Assembly: GCF_021028975.2 (NCBI RefSeq)
Contig: NC_059429.1
Span: 111,290,001 to 111,354,000 of the forward strand
Direction of reading: 5' to 3'
DNA length: 64,000 bases
DNA from: Sphaerodactylus townsendi
Taxonomy: Eukaryota
Shown piece after piece: positions 11,331 through 24,792 of the stretch; the first letter of the stretch is position 1; every line of letters starts with the position of its first letter. Position numbers and translations under genes: made by a program. Below the pieces are notes generated by a model. It made no database searches and was not told where the DNA came from. It saw only the letters and a list, made by a program, of their open reading frames with translations.

Positions 11331-14228
11331 ACATACAAGCAAATGTCTGGAAATAGCTGAAATGCAGAGGATAACTTGCAATCAACAAGCACTTACAAGC
11401 AGTCTGAACATGTGAGTAGACTCTACATATGTACAGACACATAGCATGGGGTATTGGGGACAGTGACATAATAAAATCAAAGAAAATTGGATTCAGATAG
11501 TGGCTCAGTCATGATACTTGCAGGGTAGCTTTGGGCCAATCAAGATCTCTCAACCTATCCTATCACACAGAGATCTTGCGAAGATAAAATGGAATTGTCC
11601 CATGAATACCATGTTGAGGTTTTTGAAGGAAAGAAGGGATCCGCACACAGTAAGTGAAGGGATTCTCACTCCAAAATACACATTCCTACTTAAAGTGTAG
11701 GGGATCCCAGCACAAATGCTCCTATATATATGTGTGTAAATGTGTGTGCAGCCTTCCGTTTTGTATATATACGTTATATATAAATACTTGCTATGTAGAA
11801 AGCAAATGCAAACAGTAGCAAAATGAGTTTTCCCACAAAAGGGGCATTTGAAAACATGCTCTGAAAACATTAATTTAATGCCAGCATTGGTTTTACTGAT
11901 CTGCAGCTGTGACCTGTGCATTTCGCTCCCCAACTCCAAAACCTTAATTTTTGCATTCTGATAAGAAATAACACAACCTGCATTTTTTCAGTATATTTAA
12001 AAATCGAATGTATTTCATCCTTCTGTTAAAGTGCCTGTCCTACACAGTAAGATATTTCACTTGAACAAACAGGCTGTACCAGGGATCATGGAACCAGCAT
12101 GAAAAAATAAACACCCACTAATGAAGGGGACTGCAATGAGGAGGGGAATTAAACAGGACCAGGAAAATCTGGTAGAATCCAACCCACAGATTTTCTCATC
12201 TCATAAGATTTACTTTTTTGGCACCCACTGGAAGGTTTAAGCTGCGAGTTCCCAACCTTTGAGAGCCTGCAAGCACATTTGGAATTTTAACACGTCATGG
12301 GCGTAGCACCAAAATGATAGCCACGGCTTAACTTCAGTAAGACAGTGCAGATCCTTGAGCTGTGATAGCAGCTGTTGCCTAAGCAACATTTCAAAAAATC
12401 TGCACAGCCAATCAAACCTTCAATAGTCAATGAGAAGCTACTTGGTGCTAACCCATTTTCTAAAAACACATGGTAGGCACCAGAAAGGGTGTGTGTGGGG
12501 TGTGTGTGTGTGTGTGTGCCATGGCATCCACGGGCATGAAATTCAGGGGGACGGCTCATTTAAGTTATGATAAACCCCTATACCGGGTGTTTTTTTTTCA
12601 GGCATTACTGCACTGAAGGCTTTTATTTAAATGGGCAGATTTGGAGCAAACGAAGAACTAGTGCGGAGACAAAAAACGGCTCTCATCACAGAACCTATAG
12701 CTCCATCTAGTGGATTATTTATTATACAATAAACATTGTAAGACTGATTTTAAAAGACCACTTCCACTGACCCATCCTGGATGATTGTACCTTTCTGCTG
12801 GTTATGTAGCAATCCCCAAGAAAAGGAATTTGACTAATTAACTAAAATACCAGAAGTTGATCTTACTGCCTTCTACTCTCGGTGCCGGCACTGACTTTTC
12901 TTGCCCTTGTAGTACCCTAAAATGGTGAAAAGAAAATTAATCTGTGGTAAGGGATTACACTCTGGAGACATTCTGTACCAAGGACATTAGAAAGCTTTGA
13001 AAAAAATCAAACCACAGTGAAGGGTTCATTTCCAGGGAAATGGAAATAGGTCAAGTGCTTATGCTTTGTTCAGTTTCCTTGTTACCTCTTAAAATAGGCT
13101 CTGTTACCATAGTTTCAAAGCGAACCCTGATCTTAAAGCAGCAAATCAACCCCACTGTCACGCAATGTATATTTTCCCTACATGCTTGAGCACAGGATGA
13201 GAACGTGTTTGTCAAAACTGTCAGATGATTTAACGTCCTTCGTGAAATGTGAGGAAGTTATCAAACACCTTTAAAGTGCAAGGAATTAGAAGCGAAATAG
13301 AGAAAGCGGGGGGAGGGGGCATATACACATTTATGGATTGACTGCAACATCAAGTGGTAACTTGAATGTGAGAATGAGGTATCGCAAGTTAAATGTGCAT
13401 GTCTTTTCAGTGAAGTAATTTCATAAATTCAGCTGGAAATCATCAAGAGATCAAGAGAACAACACTGCAACGTTCTCTTTTGCCAGTTCCCTCAAAACAG
13501 TATGAAATGCCGTGCTCTTGCGTGACCTCCATTCATTTCAATCTGGTTCGACTAGGACAACTTTCTTGCAGGACTGAATACAGAGTACTTGAGAAAGTCA
13601 TTCAAATGAACGTGAGAACCTGCCCAACTATTATTGTGTAGCTAGAACGGCACAGCTTTTTACACACAATTATTTTTCATTTTTTTCAGCTGCTTTTACC
13701 TTTAATCTTACTAAGCAGTGGCAAAATATGCCATACCTCATTTCAAATTTCCAAGTCCTATAAAAGGAAAATGGATCTCTCTTTTTCTCTCCCCACTTAG
13801 GCAGAAGATTGTTCCTGTTTGCTGGAGCCTGTAGTTGCTCCCGGGCATAGAAGCACTCAGCTCTCGGTAGATGTTTCTCCAGTCATTTCTGTGATTGAGC
13901 GATACCTATCTTCTATGTTCTATTTTCAACTCACAAACAAGATGATAAAATCTACTGCGTATACATTTATTTTACTTATAAAATCATTATGCTGCCACTA
14001 GAGGTAGTACCTGAACAAAATTCAGGATTATAACCACAAAACAAATTCCTAATTTAAAATTTAAGATTAACGATGCGATGCTATCTCCTTTCTAAAGCTC
14101 AGACAGATGTGAAAAGGGAAAGCAAGCTTAGAGTGCTTAAAGCCATGTGGCTTGCAAGATCCCACTGACAAAGCAGGCTAAACTTTGTGTGGCACGCACA
14201 GCTGCTCTTTTAACATGCTGCCAGCTAT

Positions 14229-14270
14229 TTTAGAAGTCTCCATTTAGAAGTCTCCATTTAGAAGTCTCCA
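14229..14270. repeat. 14-bp tandem repeat x3
   Basis: TTTAGAAGTCTCCA three times. Confidence 0.9.
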
Positions 14271-14377
14271 TTGCTTGCATAACTACTAGAAGGAATCCAG
14301 TGTCCACTTATGTCAAAAGCTCGCAGAGAAGGTCCACATCTGGAATTTTCTTGTGTTTAAGTTTCTATGTGTTAATG

Positions 14378-14555
14378 TATTGTCAAAAGCTTTCATGGCC
14401 GGATTCAACTGGTTGTTGTGGGTTTGGGGGGCTGTGTGGCCGCTGTCTGGTAGATCTTGTTCCTAACGTTTCGCCTGCATCTGTGGCTGGCATCTTCAGA
14501 GGTGTATCACAGAGGGAAGTCTGGACACACAGCCTGGAAAACCCACAACAACCAG
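14378..14555 (-). mobile_element. Penelope-like terminal repeat with hammerhead motif (14462-14502)
   Basis: Reverse complement of the family at 8.1 kb and 42.9 kb, short inverted arm, degenerate TSD ttctat(g/a)tgtta. Confidence 0.8.
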
Positions 14556-15187
14556 TTCTATATGTTACTTGCAAATCCAGCTGAGTAATGTTCCAGATGC
14601 AGGAAGACTGAGCCACTGAAACACTTCTCACCAGACGAATCAGCTTATAATTCTTCAATACAGTACAAAATCCGTATGCGAGAAAATCCAAAAGCAGAGT
14701 GCTAAACAGGAACAGAGGGTAATAGATTCTGGGGTACTTCAACAGCTTATTCTTAAGAGCTACAACTGAAATTTTGACCTAAACAAAATGTGAAATGTAT
14801 TTTGCAAGCAAAACAAAGGCACACTGAGTGCAAAATTGCTCAGATAGGTCTTGCTGTTCCCTACTTGTGCCAAGCCATTTCTCTGCAAGTATCTCTGAAA
14901 GAGATCTATTAAAAACTTGAGGTGAACATATACAAGGAACTCTCTCTGCATTTCACTTTTTCAAGATTTGGCTCAAACTTAACCCACTCATTACATTTTC
15001 TTTCAAAACAGAATAGCTTGCTAGGTTTTAAGCAAGATGACACTTCCGATTTTTAAAATACAGTTATTTTTGGAGAAATAGTGAGAACGTTAGAATGGAT
15101 CAAGGAGGGGATACTTTGCTGAAGTCCATTTCTGAAACAGTGAATCCAATGCATCTTTCAGACACAGGCTGTTGTCTCTTTTTTCAC

Positions 15188-15193
15188 TTTATT
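15188..15193 (-). promoter_or_regulatory. Candidate polyadenylation signal of OSER1-A
   Basis: AATAAA on the minus strand about 135 nt downstream of the stop codon. Confidence 0.5.
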
Positions 15194-15326
15194 TAAAAAA
15201 CTACACTGTATGGCGCAAATAAACATTTGATCAAACACGCAGCAATAATAATGGATACATTTCAAACTATGGCACTGAGGGAACATCTCACTACCACCAC
15301 TGAACAGCCAACCCGTGATTCTCACG

Positions 15327-16029
15327 TCAAGTGTACATCATCTCTGCCATGTGAGACATTTTCTTGGGAATATACAAATAATACTCCATGTACCCTGAAA
15401 GATCTTCAATAGTCACATCATCCACAAAGACGCGGGCTTGCTCAGAACACGACCGGGCAGAGCCTGATGAACACGTGCCAGAGGGTGACCTGTTTGGCAG
15501 CGACTGCGAACGCACCTCCAGGACGGCCTTTTCACATTCCGACAGGACGCTCCGCAAGCCAGAGAACGAATACGCCTCTATTGCCTGCCACGGTTTGCAC
15601 CGGCATTCCTTGTCCAGACAAGAGCACCGCTTCCCGTAACTCAGCTTGGATAACGCCTGGAAATCTGAAGGATGGCTGGGATCCAGGCCGGTCTCAAAGG
15701 CCAAAGAAAATGCAGAGCAGCTCTTTCTCAAATTCTCGGAAGGCTGCTCGCTCGTACAAGTGCTCCAGTGCTCTGCTCTGGGCCTTCTGCAGTTATTGCT
15801 GTCAAAAAGAGGACACCTCTTTCCTCCCAAATATGGCTCTTCTGTAATGCCAGGGTCTGGACTGAGTTTGCTCTTTGAAACATCCACCTGGTTTTTGTGT
15901 TTAAGCTGGTTACTGGTGGAAGATGCTTTCATGCTGCAGTATGTAAACTTGGGGGGATGCAGGACGGGGGATTTGGAACGCCTGCGGCGCTGCGGCCTCG
16001 TCATTCCTCTCAAGGGTTTCCTTGCGCAC
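15327..16029 (-). CDS. OSER1: OSER1 paralogue A, last coding exon
   Basis: Acceptor tctctcttcag|G. Encodes [28 protein letters not shown] and the OSER1 C-terminus [35 protein letters not shown]-stop. Confidence 0.95.
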
Positions 16030-16509
16030 CTGAAGAGAGAAGAGCAGCATTATTCAGAATCTCATACCCAAATAAAATGCATTTTAAATAAAAGAGATTT
16101 TCTATCATTCTGAGTATTGAAGCACATCAATAGAAAAGATCATGAGGCTGGATTTGGCGCAGTGTTTTTGTGGGAGCAATGGCTTCTACCTGACGAGTGT
16201 GACTTTCTCAGCTCCCCCATTCCGTGGCAGATGAAAACGCCCCCTCCTACAAATCCTTCTCCTTATGTTAACTACAGCTAACAGAAGTCATAGAACTTAT
16301 TTCTGTCATTTCTGAACTACCCTCATCATGCAACAGGTTATTAAAGGACGGTTGCAGTAGGCTGCAAGAGAAGATCACATCACTAATTTTTAGCTGAACT
16401 TACTGGCTAAACAGCTATAACAACTGCATAATGGAATATAAAGAAAATGAATTTAATCTTTGAAGGGGGATGTGTCTTGGACAAGCAACTGTTCAGGAAG
16501 AAATCTTAC

Positions 16510-16611
16510 CCATGCCAGGTCTCTCTTGAGCAGACGGTTTGATGCCTGGCTCCATCCACGGTTGCTCGGACAGGAGCTCTCAGGCCGGTACCTTCGCTCA
16601 TAGGTGTAGAC
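16510..16611 (-). CDS. OSER1: OSER1 paralogue A, middle coding exon (102 nt, phase 2/2)
   Basis: ttaacgtag|G...CATGG|gtaag. Encodes [34 protein letters not shown], similar to recalled OSER1 GEGTGVRAPVRTA...SKDSWHG. In frame with both neighbouring exons. Confidence 0.92.
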
Positions 16612-16977
16612 CTACGTTAATGGGAAACCAGAATGAGAAAGCTTTGCTCTCAAATGAAAGGTTTGCTGGCAGATTCGAATGACGTTTAAAGTACAGTCGA
16701 AGGCATGCCTAGATGCCTCTCCAATCATCTGAAAAACGACTTTGCAATTTATGGCTTACGTATAAATGAGTGAGAAATACGATGTGATGTTGTCATACTG
16801 CCACCTAATTTTGTTGTTGTTGGAATTTTAGCACTAAAAAGCTAAACAAACTGCCACTGTGTCTTGGGTAGGAAATGTCTTGGGTAGGGAAAAGTCCGCC
16901 TTGTCCCTATACATTCCACTATGTGATGGTTAAGGGCACCACTCATAGGCCCCTTCTGCCTCATAGGCCCCTTCTGC

Positions 16978-17437
16978 CAAAGGCGTAGCTAGGGAAAATA
17001 AAGCCCGGTGCAAAATCTGAGTTTTGCGGTGGGGGGGGGGGCATGTTTGTGTATCCTTAGGAGACTGTCCTGATGTTACCACCCAGGTTTGGTGAAGTTT
17101 GGTTCAGGGGGTCCAAAGTTATGGACCCTCAAAGTGTAGCCCCCATCTCCTATTAGCTCCCATTGGAACCAATGGGGGATGGGGACACCCCCTTTGGGAA
17201 TCCATGACTTTGGACCCCCTGAACCAAACCTCACTTAACTTGGGTGGTATCATCAGGAGAGTCTCCCAAAGATACCCTGAAATTTTGGTGCTGCTAGCCT
17301 AAAAAGTGTACCCCCTGCAGGCCTAAAACTGAAAAACACTAAAAATACAAAAAACAAACCTGAATGTTTGTGCCCCCTGGTGCGCGTCCGGTGCAACGTG
17401 CACACACCCCACCGTCCCCCTTGTATCTCCGCCTTTG
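16978..17437. mobile_element. Non-autonomous hAT-like element nested in a palindromic MITE
   Basis: Ends CAAAGGCG / CGCCTTTG, 8-bp TSD ccttctgc/ccttatgc inside the MITE TIR. Core is shared with the element at about 35-36 kb. Confidence 0.7.
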
Positions 17438-18420
17438 CCTTATGCACATGCAGAATAATGTATATTTGATCCACAGTAAGTAAAATCCAGCTTCAAAGTG
17501 CATTGAAAGTAGATTGAAAGTGCATTAATCTACGTGTGCGGAAGGGGCCATAGTCACTAACTGGTGATATTACTACCGGTACACAGTTGATCTGTATGAA
17601 TCTGTTCAAAAGATAACCCAATTTGTTCCTAACACACTTTTTCAATGAAGAAGTATATAAGCTATATGTGGCTATTATTCCAAACATATTGTACAGTTGG
17701 CTTTTATTTAAAATAAACAGGTGGCCTTCCATGACTGGATCATCAATTCAGTAAGTAAGAGGACCAGTAATACAGCATAAATAAGGCAGATAACGTATGC
17801 TTCCTCTTGATCTTAATCCCAATAAACAAAACAAGGGATATGTTGGTTAGAATCTTGCCTTTAACTTTCAGTAATGCGAGCAAACAACTAATCAACCAAT
17901 GGAACAGCAAAAAAGATCTGAAAGCTAGCTTGAATTCAAATCCTAAAGCATGCTATGTAAACATGAGTATCTGAAATCTGTAGGGATTGCTTTTATGTAA
18001 CATATTTGCAATCAGAGCGCTAAACCTACTGAAAAACAACTACTGTTTCTGCAGAATGGGGAATGGCTGGGTTTGAAAATGGAGACCCAGTTACAAGCAT
18101 TCCAAAACAGCATAATTTCAACAAAGTGGAAAGAATAAAAAACATCTCCAACAATGTACGACAGCAGAGGTAAGGGTAGAGAGCACAGAAAACACGTTCA
18201 AGTAGCTTAGGTGAAGGCAAATGAGATTCCAGATCTTAACTGTTAGTAATTGTACAAAGCTTCACTTTTTGGACAATGAGTATGGATTACTGAAAAAATC
18301 GTGATGATGTATTTTCTCCAATTCTTTTAAATGGTTCTTAAACACCCCCTTTACTATAAATCAAATAAAACATGCCTTCAATTTTTAATGGTTTGAATGC
18401 GGAAAGATGAGCATTCACAT

Positions 18421-19090
18421 TCCAGGTTAGACTACTGTAACTCACTCTACACGGGCTTGTCTTTAGCCATGATCCGCAAATTAAAACTCATTCAGAATGC
18501 AGCAGCCAGGCTGCTTACGGCAGTTTGAGCAGGGATCGAATTACACCGATCCTATACCATCTGCACTGGCTGCCGATTGAGTTCCGGATTATGTTTAAAG
18601 TGTTGGTTTTGACCTTCAAAGCCGTTCGCGGTCTCAGACCTGCATACCTGAGGGACCGCCTCTCCTCATATTGCCCCGGTAGGCTCCTCTGCTCCTCGGA
18701 GGAGGACCTACTCGTGATCCCTGGCCCAAAAATGATCAGGCTGGCCTCTACGAGGGGCAGGGCCTTTTCAGCCCTGGCCCCTACCTGGTGGAACAGGCTC
18801 CCTCGGGAGATCAGGGCCCTGCGGGACTTACAGAGTTTTCGCAGGGCCTGCAAGACGGACCTGTTCTGCCAGGCGTTTGGCCAGCCTGATTAAAAATATA
18901 TCTACCATGTTATCTGGCCTCCCGTGGGCACAAAAGGGGGGAGGGGGTAGCCGGACGCCATCCACATTTTTAAATGAGTTCTGTTTTTATGTAACTGATA
19001 TTTAAATTATGTTTTAAGGTATGTTTTAACCTTGTTGTGAACCGCCCTGAGCCCTCAGGGGGAGGGTGGTATATAAAATAAATTAATAAA
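18421..19090 (+). mobile_element. L2-type LINE 3' fragment
   Basis: ORF ...ITPILYHLHWLPIEFRIMFKVLVLTFKA...RAFSALAPTWWNRLP. 3' end ttgtgaaccgccctgagccc with an AT-rich tail. Confidence 0.88.
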
Positions 19091-19320
19091 TTGTGGAATG
19101 CGCCTCCCGTTGAAAGACATTTATACGCATGTCTTTGGATGTACTTTTGGAGTTTAACAAGGCTGAACTGCTTTCTTCCTGGCCAGTTTTTGCACCCTGC
19201 TCATCCACATGGGAAAATGCCTACGTTGTTAACAAAAACACTTAACATGGTTTACATCTGAATAGGTTAGAATCCCAATAAAAAGATCACCAACAAGAAT
19301 AGTACAATAACCATGAGACA

Positions 19321-19435
19321 GCCACAGATGCAGGCGAAACATTAGGAACAAGATCTTCCAGGCCACGGCCACACAACCCGGAAAACCCACCACAACCAGT
19401 TGAATCCGGCCGTGAAAGCCTTCAACAACACATTC
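19321..19435 (+). mobile_element. 5'-truncated Penelope-like terminal repeat
   Basis: Same family as the 8.1 kb copy. 12-bp TSD AACCATGAGACA at 19309-19320 and 19436-19447. Confidence 0.8.
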
Positions 19436-19471
19436 AACCATGAGACAAATTCATGTGGCTTTAGTCACCTA

Positions 19472-19567
<96 letters not shown>

Positions 19568-20421
19568 CTACTTGACCTGCCATATAATGAATACTAACAA
19601 AAGAAAAATAAATTACAGTGAGATGAGTTGGAGAACATTACACAAATCCACTAAAATCCACCAAAGAAGCACCAGTGACAATACTACATTATTACTTGTA
19701 TTATTACATTTAGCTCAGATGCAGTTTGACTCATGTTGACACTGCATGTGAAAAGACATTTTACAAAAAACAGGCTGAGGTAATTTGGTAAGACAATCCG
19801 AGGTTTCATTTCTACCAACATCCATGTGACTGAGGGTACACATTTTCCTGCATGATTTCAAAACTTTTTTTGCCAATCACAAATGGAAATGGATATAAAT
19901 ATATGATGAGAATACATGGTAGCCTTTCATTTAGAGAAAATGCTATCCCATGGAATACTAAAGCTGAGATAGAGGCAATGGACAATATAGTATTTACTAA
20001 CGGCAAAAGTACATCTTTTCTTCCCCAATCGATCCTACACCACAACATTAACTGCAGTGGAGAAGGATCTGTTTAATAAATATTTTATTAAATATGCAAG
20101 CCAATAGCTAAAGCTACTATTTCATATTGGAACCAAGGCTGGAAAAACTGCAGATATCTAAACAACTCCTTGATGGAAACTACACACGTTAATTATTTTT
20201 TGAGCTCTGATCAGGATTCTTTACAGATAGGGAGGGAAAGAAGATATAGTGTCACGCATGGAAGCAAATATGACAAATGAACTATAAAATAGTACTATAA
20301 AATAATAAAAAATAGAAAGATCCTTCTCACTGAAATGTGCTGATAACTGACATTCAGGCCATTACAGTCCAGATAGGAAGGTCTGTTGTCATTCAAGGTC
20401 ACAGCTAAACAGACTGCCATG

Positions 20422-20648
20422 ATATTGTCGAAGGCTTTCATAGCCAGATTCAACTGATTGTAGTGGGTTTTCCGGGCTGCGTGGCTGTGGTCTGGTAGAT
20501 CTTGCTCCTAACGTTTCACCTGCATCTGTGACTGGCATCTTCAGAGGTGTACACCTCTGAAGATACCAGCCAAAGATACGAAGCGAAACTGGCCTCAGGA
20601 ACAAAGATCTGAACCAGCGACCACCACAACCCTAGGAAAACCTACCAT
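20422..20648 (-). mobile_element. Penelope-like inverted terminal repeats with hammerhead motif (20507-20547, minus)
   Basis: Palindrome centre tcttcagaggtgt|acacctctgaaga. 12-bp TSD CAGACTGCCATG at 20410-20421 and 20649-20660. Confidence 0.8.
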
Positions 20649-21829
20649 CAGACTGCCATGGGTTTTTCCTGCATTACATGGAAGCCATCCCACATAAATG
20701 TGACATACACATAAAAGACTTCATGTGATTATTTAATATGGAATAGGATTGCAGTCTATTCCATTGTTTACCGAACATACTCTCTTACTCTCATTGTCTT
20801 CCACTTTTATAATCCAATTTTTGTCATTATTTATTATATATCTTGTCAGATACCTTTTTTGTACTGTTTAATTTTTGTAATGCTATTCCTACTGCATCAT
20901 TTGTTGTCTGTCTTGTGCTATTTGACCGCATTATTTTACACTGTGTAATCCACCTAAGTCTCAGCGAGGAGGACAGGTTTTAAATAAAGTAGATAAATAA
21001 ATGATTGCTAACTTGTTTAGCAACAAAAGCATCATGTGATACAGTTCCTTATTTCATCAATAGGCTCCAACTAATATACTGAAATGTAACTTTGCACAGT
21101 AACACATACACGATGCTTTATCCAGCATTTTTCACAATGATAAACCCTCAATTAAATTATCAGTAGTAAATTTTCTTTAGTGGACACCAATGATGGCAAG
21201 ACTGTCACGTGGATATGAAGCAAGTAATCACTGTTCAGTCTAGAAGAAACTAAAATGTATAAGCATTGATAGGAAGAGACCCATGGCTCAGCAGTAGAGT
21301 ATCTGCTTAGCATGCCAAAGATTCTAGGTTCACACTGCTGACCCAGATAAGACCGCTAGTCTGACCAGTTTAGGACAGCTTCATGTCTTCATTGACAGGT
21401 TGGGATTCAAAAGATAAGCATTTTATGGTTGCAAAACACATGCAACAGCTCCAAGAAATAATAATGACAGCTGTTAAAATTTTGCAGCTGGACAATGCTA
21501 AAAGCTATAGTTACATTGTCTTAGCAGTGGAGCAAAGTCATCCAAGTTGGTTAGGGCATGCCTCCAACTGTTCAGGCAGGGCTATGCAAATTTTTTTGCT
21601 ATTCTCCTGGGCTGCAGTGGGGTGGCCTTTCCAGAATTACTGTAGCCTAGCTCCATCAATTTCTCTCTTCCTTTTCTGCACCTGTCACATTCTTTTTTTG
21701 GTGTTTTTTAATTCATTTTCATTTCTTTTTTTCCTTTTTTTGTAGGGGGTAGGAAGTGGATGACTTTGCCCCACTGAAAAGAAGACTGCCTCACCATTAG
21801 TCCAAGCTGTTTTTCTTTTTCAGTGGGGC

Positions 21830-22240
21830 CCTGTCATCCAGGCTGGTTATATACAAGAGCCTCTATATAAGGGTGGGACCAGTAAGAAAACCACTTGTGG
21901 CCAAAATTCTGCTCTTATGAATCCTACTGTACTACCTGTTGCAGGGCCCACCTTCTGATGGCCGCTTCAATTGAGCCCTGTGGGTCCAATCTGTAGAGTC
22001 TCACAAAGGCTGAAAAGGAGGACCAGGTGGCTGTTCTACATATTTCTCCAGAAGGAGCCCTGGCAGCAAATGAAGCAGATGCACCCGCTAATCTGGTCAA
22101 ATGGGACATGATGCCACTGAGAACGCTGAGTTTTGGACCGTGCAAGCTGTCCAAATACAGTCTAATTCATCTTGCTATGGCTGCTTTTAGAAGCCTTTTT
22201 TCCCCAAGCAGTTGTTTCCATAAAGCATGGGCAGGGGAGT
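21830..22240 (-). mobile_element. DIRS-like retrotransposon fragment (tyrosine recombinase C-terminus)
   Basis: SHLTRLAGASASFAARAPSGEICRTATWSSFSAFVRLYRLD matches the H-S-T-R...ICRAATWSS..TF.RHYRLD motif of DIRS1 recombinases. Confidence 0.75.
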
Positions 22241-24219
22241 CTGTAAGATGCAGATCCTGAGGAACAGATGTAAGATGCAGATCCTAAGATGGATTTTTGG
22301 GGAACAGCCAGCATCTCTGCAAATTCCTACCAATTTCCTCTGTATAAGCAATTATTGTTAATTTATACTAATAGTTTGATTGGTGGCTTTTGTAAATTTA
22401 CAACGGTGCCATTCTTAGCAATCCACAATTCAGTTGTGGGAATTGGCATCTTGCTGCTTATGATTGTCCTCAGTGTAATGGTAGTTCATGCCAGAACCGC
22501 ATTCTGATTGAAATGTCCACAGTACTCACTGATCAGGAACTTATACAAGCTCGAGTTCTAAGCCAAATATGAAGTTTATGGTGAATTCCAACTAAGGGGT
22601 GACAGAGAAAATAAAATGAATAAGAAGATTCCCCCCACCCCCACACACAAACTCATTCCCCTAATGTTCTATATTTTATCCTCCAAAGAGCTGATCCTGA
22701 GGCTATTTTGCTTAATGACTTATTCAACACAACAAAAAGGCCTTTTGTAAGTCTTTTCCTAGAGACCATTATGGGTAAATATTAGTTACTGTATTTTCCC
22801 CGCTAGGCAACCACCACTTTCTCTGAATTGCTAACTTTCCCCATCCCTTCTCATGCAACTATTTTGATTTTCTAAGAATTTAATTACTCATCAGTAGAAT
22901 AGACAAGCTGGGAAGAAGGCAATTAAAATTCAGTGGAAGTGTAAAATGTTTATATTGGTTGAACTACAAAGTAACTTTATGTTGTTCTTAACAATGCAGT
23001 TAGTTTTACCCTATGACAACAACCATTCTGCTTTTCAACAATTACACCTGGAGTCTTATACGAAATGAAACAATTCCATTCTGTTATATCCAGCACTATA
23101 AAGCAGGCCAACAAATGATTCAGAGTGCAAAACCAAAGAAGTTGTATGCTCTACAGCAAGTCAATACACTCCACATGTCAGACTTATCCAGTGTTTTCCA
23201 TTGGCACTACTTTTAAATACACAGTGTGTGTGCATGGCAGCCACAGGCTTCGATTCATCAGAGAACATCCGCAAATAGAGGGGAGTGCTCTCTTCTCTTG
23301 ATGTTCCTAGGGGGTTCTCTGTCCTCCAGGAATTCAGGAGCAAGAGAGGGAAACAAGGAAGTTTCCATTAACAGAGATCCCTTCTGTCCATGGGAAATCC
23401 TCTGGTGGACCCAAACCTATATCATAAAGAGATATGTAATTTATTAACATTTCAAATTAATGCTTTGGCCCCAAAAGTTTTAGAATTATGTTGTAATGCT
23501 ACAACGAGACATTCACTTGTTGAGCAGACTTACTGAAGTCCTCAGCAAATCAACATTTTTAAAAATTAGGATGTCAGACCACTGTAAGACAACTTTTGTC
23601 AAGACACACAAGGGTATCTTCTCAAGGAGAAGAACAGAACAAACACTAACACACGCATGCTTTTAATGCATTAGCAAGCAAATTGTGAAAAATGGTTGGG
23701 CAGTCCGAACTAAGGGGCGAGGGAGAAAATCTGCACACAAATATCCCACACTGATCATTTTGTTCCATTTTCAAAGGAAAGCACAGATCCTATACAGTTG
23801 CATTTAAGATCGAGGCCAACAGGTCTTTTCCTCAATCAAGCATACAGCTTGAAAGACGACAAAGAGCGGCAATGCTCTCTGACAAGGACCTTATGCAAGC
23901 TCGGGTTCGAAACCAAATATGCCGTTTATGCTGAATCTCTCCAGACAAAGAAAGCTCTACATACACGCGAAATGTTGAATGAAAGTAGACAACAGTCTCG
24001 GGCGTTTGGTGGAAGCTTTAGTCACCCCAGCCGTTAGCACACAGAATAAGGCAGGTGCAGCATGAGATATAGGAAGGGGGGAAGCATGGGAACCCTGACT
24101 CAGTGGCCAGTCCCCAAGGACCCTCTGCCTCAGGCAAAAAAGGCGGCTAAGAGAGTTGCCTGCAAAGGGGCCCGCTAAGTGAATCCCAATGGAAGAGCTC
24201 ATTCCCTCCCCCCAGACAG

Positions 24220-24760
24220 CCACTTTCCACCTCCGCCACCCAACAGACTAAGAAAGTATCCATCATCCGCAACGCGCCACTCACCAGCACACTCGCCACA
24301 GTCACTGTCGGAAGTGATCGAAAAAGCAACAACAGGAAGTGGCGACAACAGCCGCGCATGCCCAAATCGCAGAGGGAAGCTTCCCCGCGCGCATCTCGCC
24401 AATAGGGAGGAGAAGAGTGGGCTCGTCTCTCGTCCGGGAGGAGCGCATGCGCATTGAGGCCAACCTTCCGTCATTCGCCAGATCTGGGCTCGCGTTCTGG
24501 TACTCTCGCTCGCAGGGTCGCTTCTACATCCGGGTCGTTGGCTGTCGCTTCTCAGGCGGGAGGACGGCGGCGTTCGAGGTTTTCCCTAGGCTGCTTCACT
24601 GACTCGAGTACGTTGGTCCTCTTAATCAACCGTCGCTGGCGCTTGCTGGTCTCTTCCAAACCGAAAAGGGCTCAGCGCAGCGGTGCTTGTTTCTCTTGAG
24701 TCACAACTTCGGGCGTTGAAGCCTCCGTGTTTAGAAGATTCTTCCTTAGTGCTGAGTCTC
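24220..24760. promoter_or_regulatory. CpG-island, probably bidirectional promoter between the two OSER1 copies
   Basis: Dense CpG. NRF1 palindrome GCGCATGCGC at 24443-24452, ETS/GABP CGGAAGTG at 24309-24316 and CAGGAAGTG at 24333-24341, CCAAT at 24399-24403. Minus-strand donor CTG|GTGAGT at 24285/24284 fits a non-coding exon 1 of copy A. Confidence 0.8.
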
Positions 24761-24792
24761 TGGTAAAACGGATTAGGGAGTCCTTTTGCGGG

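Noticed and set aside
12900-13520. Possible conserved non-coding enhancer (repeat-free stretch)
   Set aside because: Cannot be supported without a cross-species alignment.
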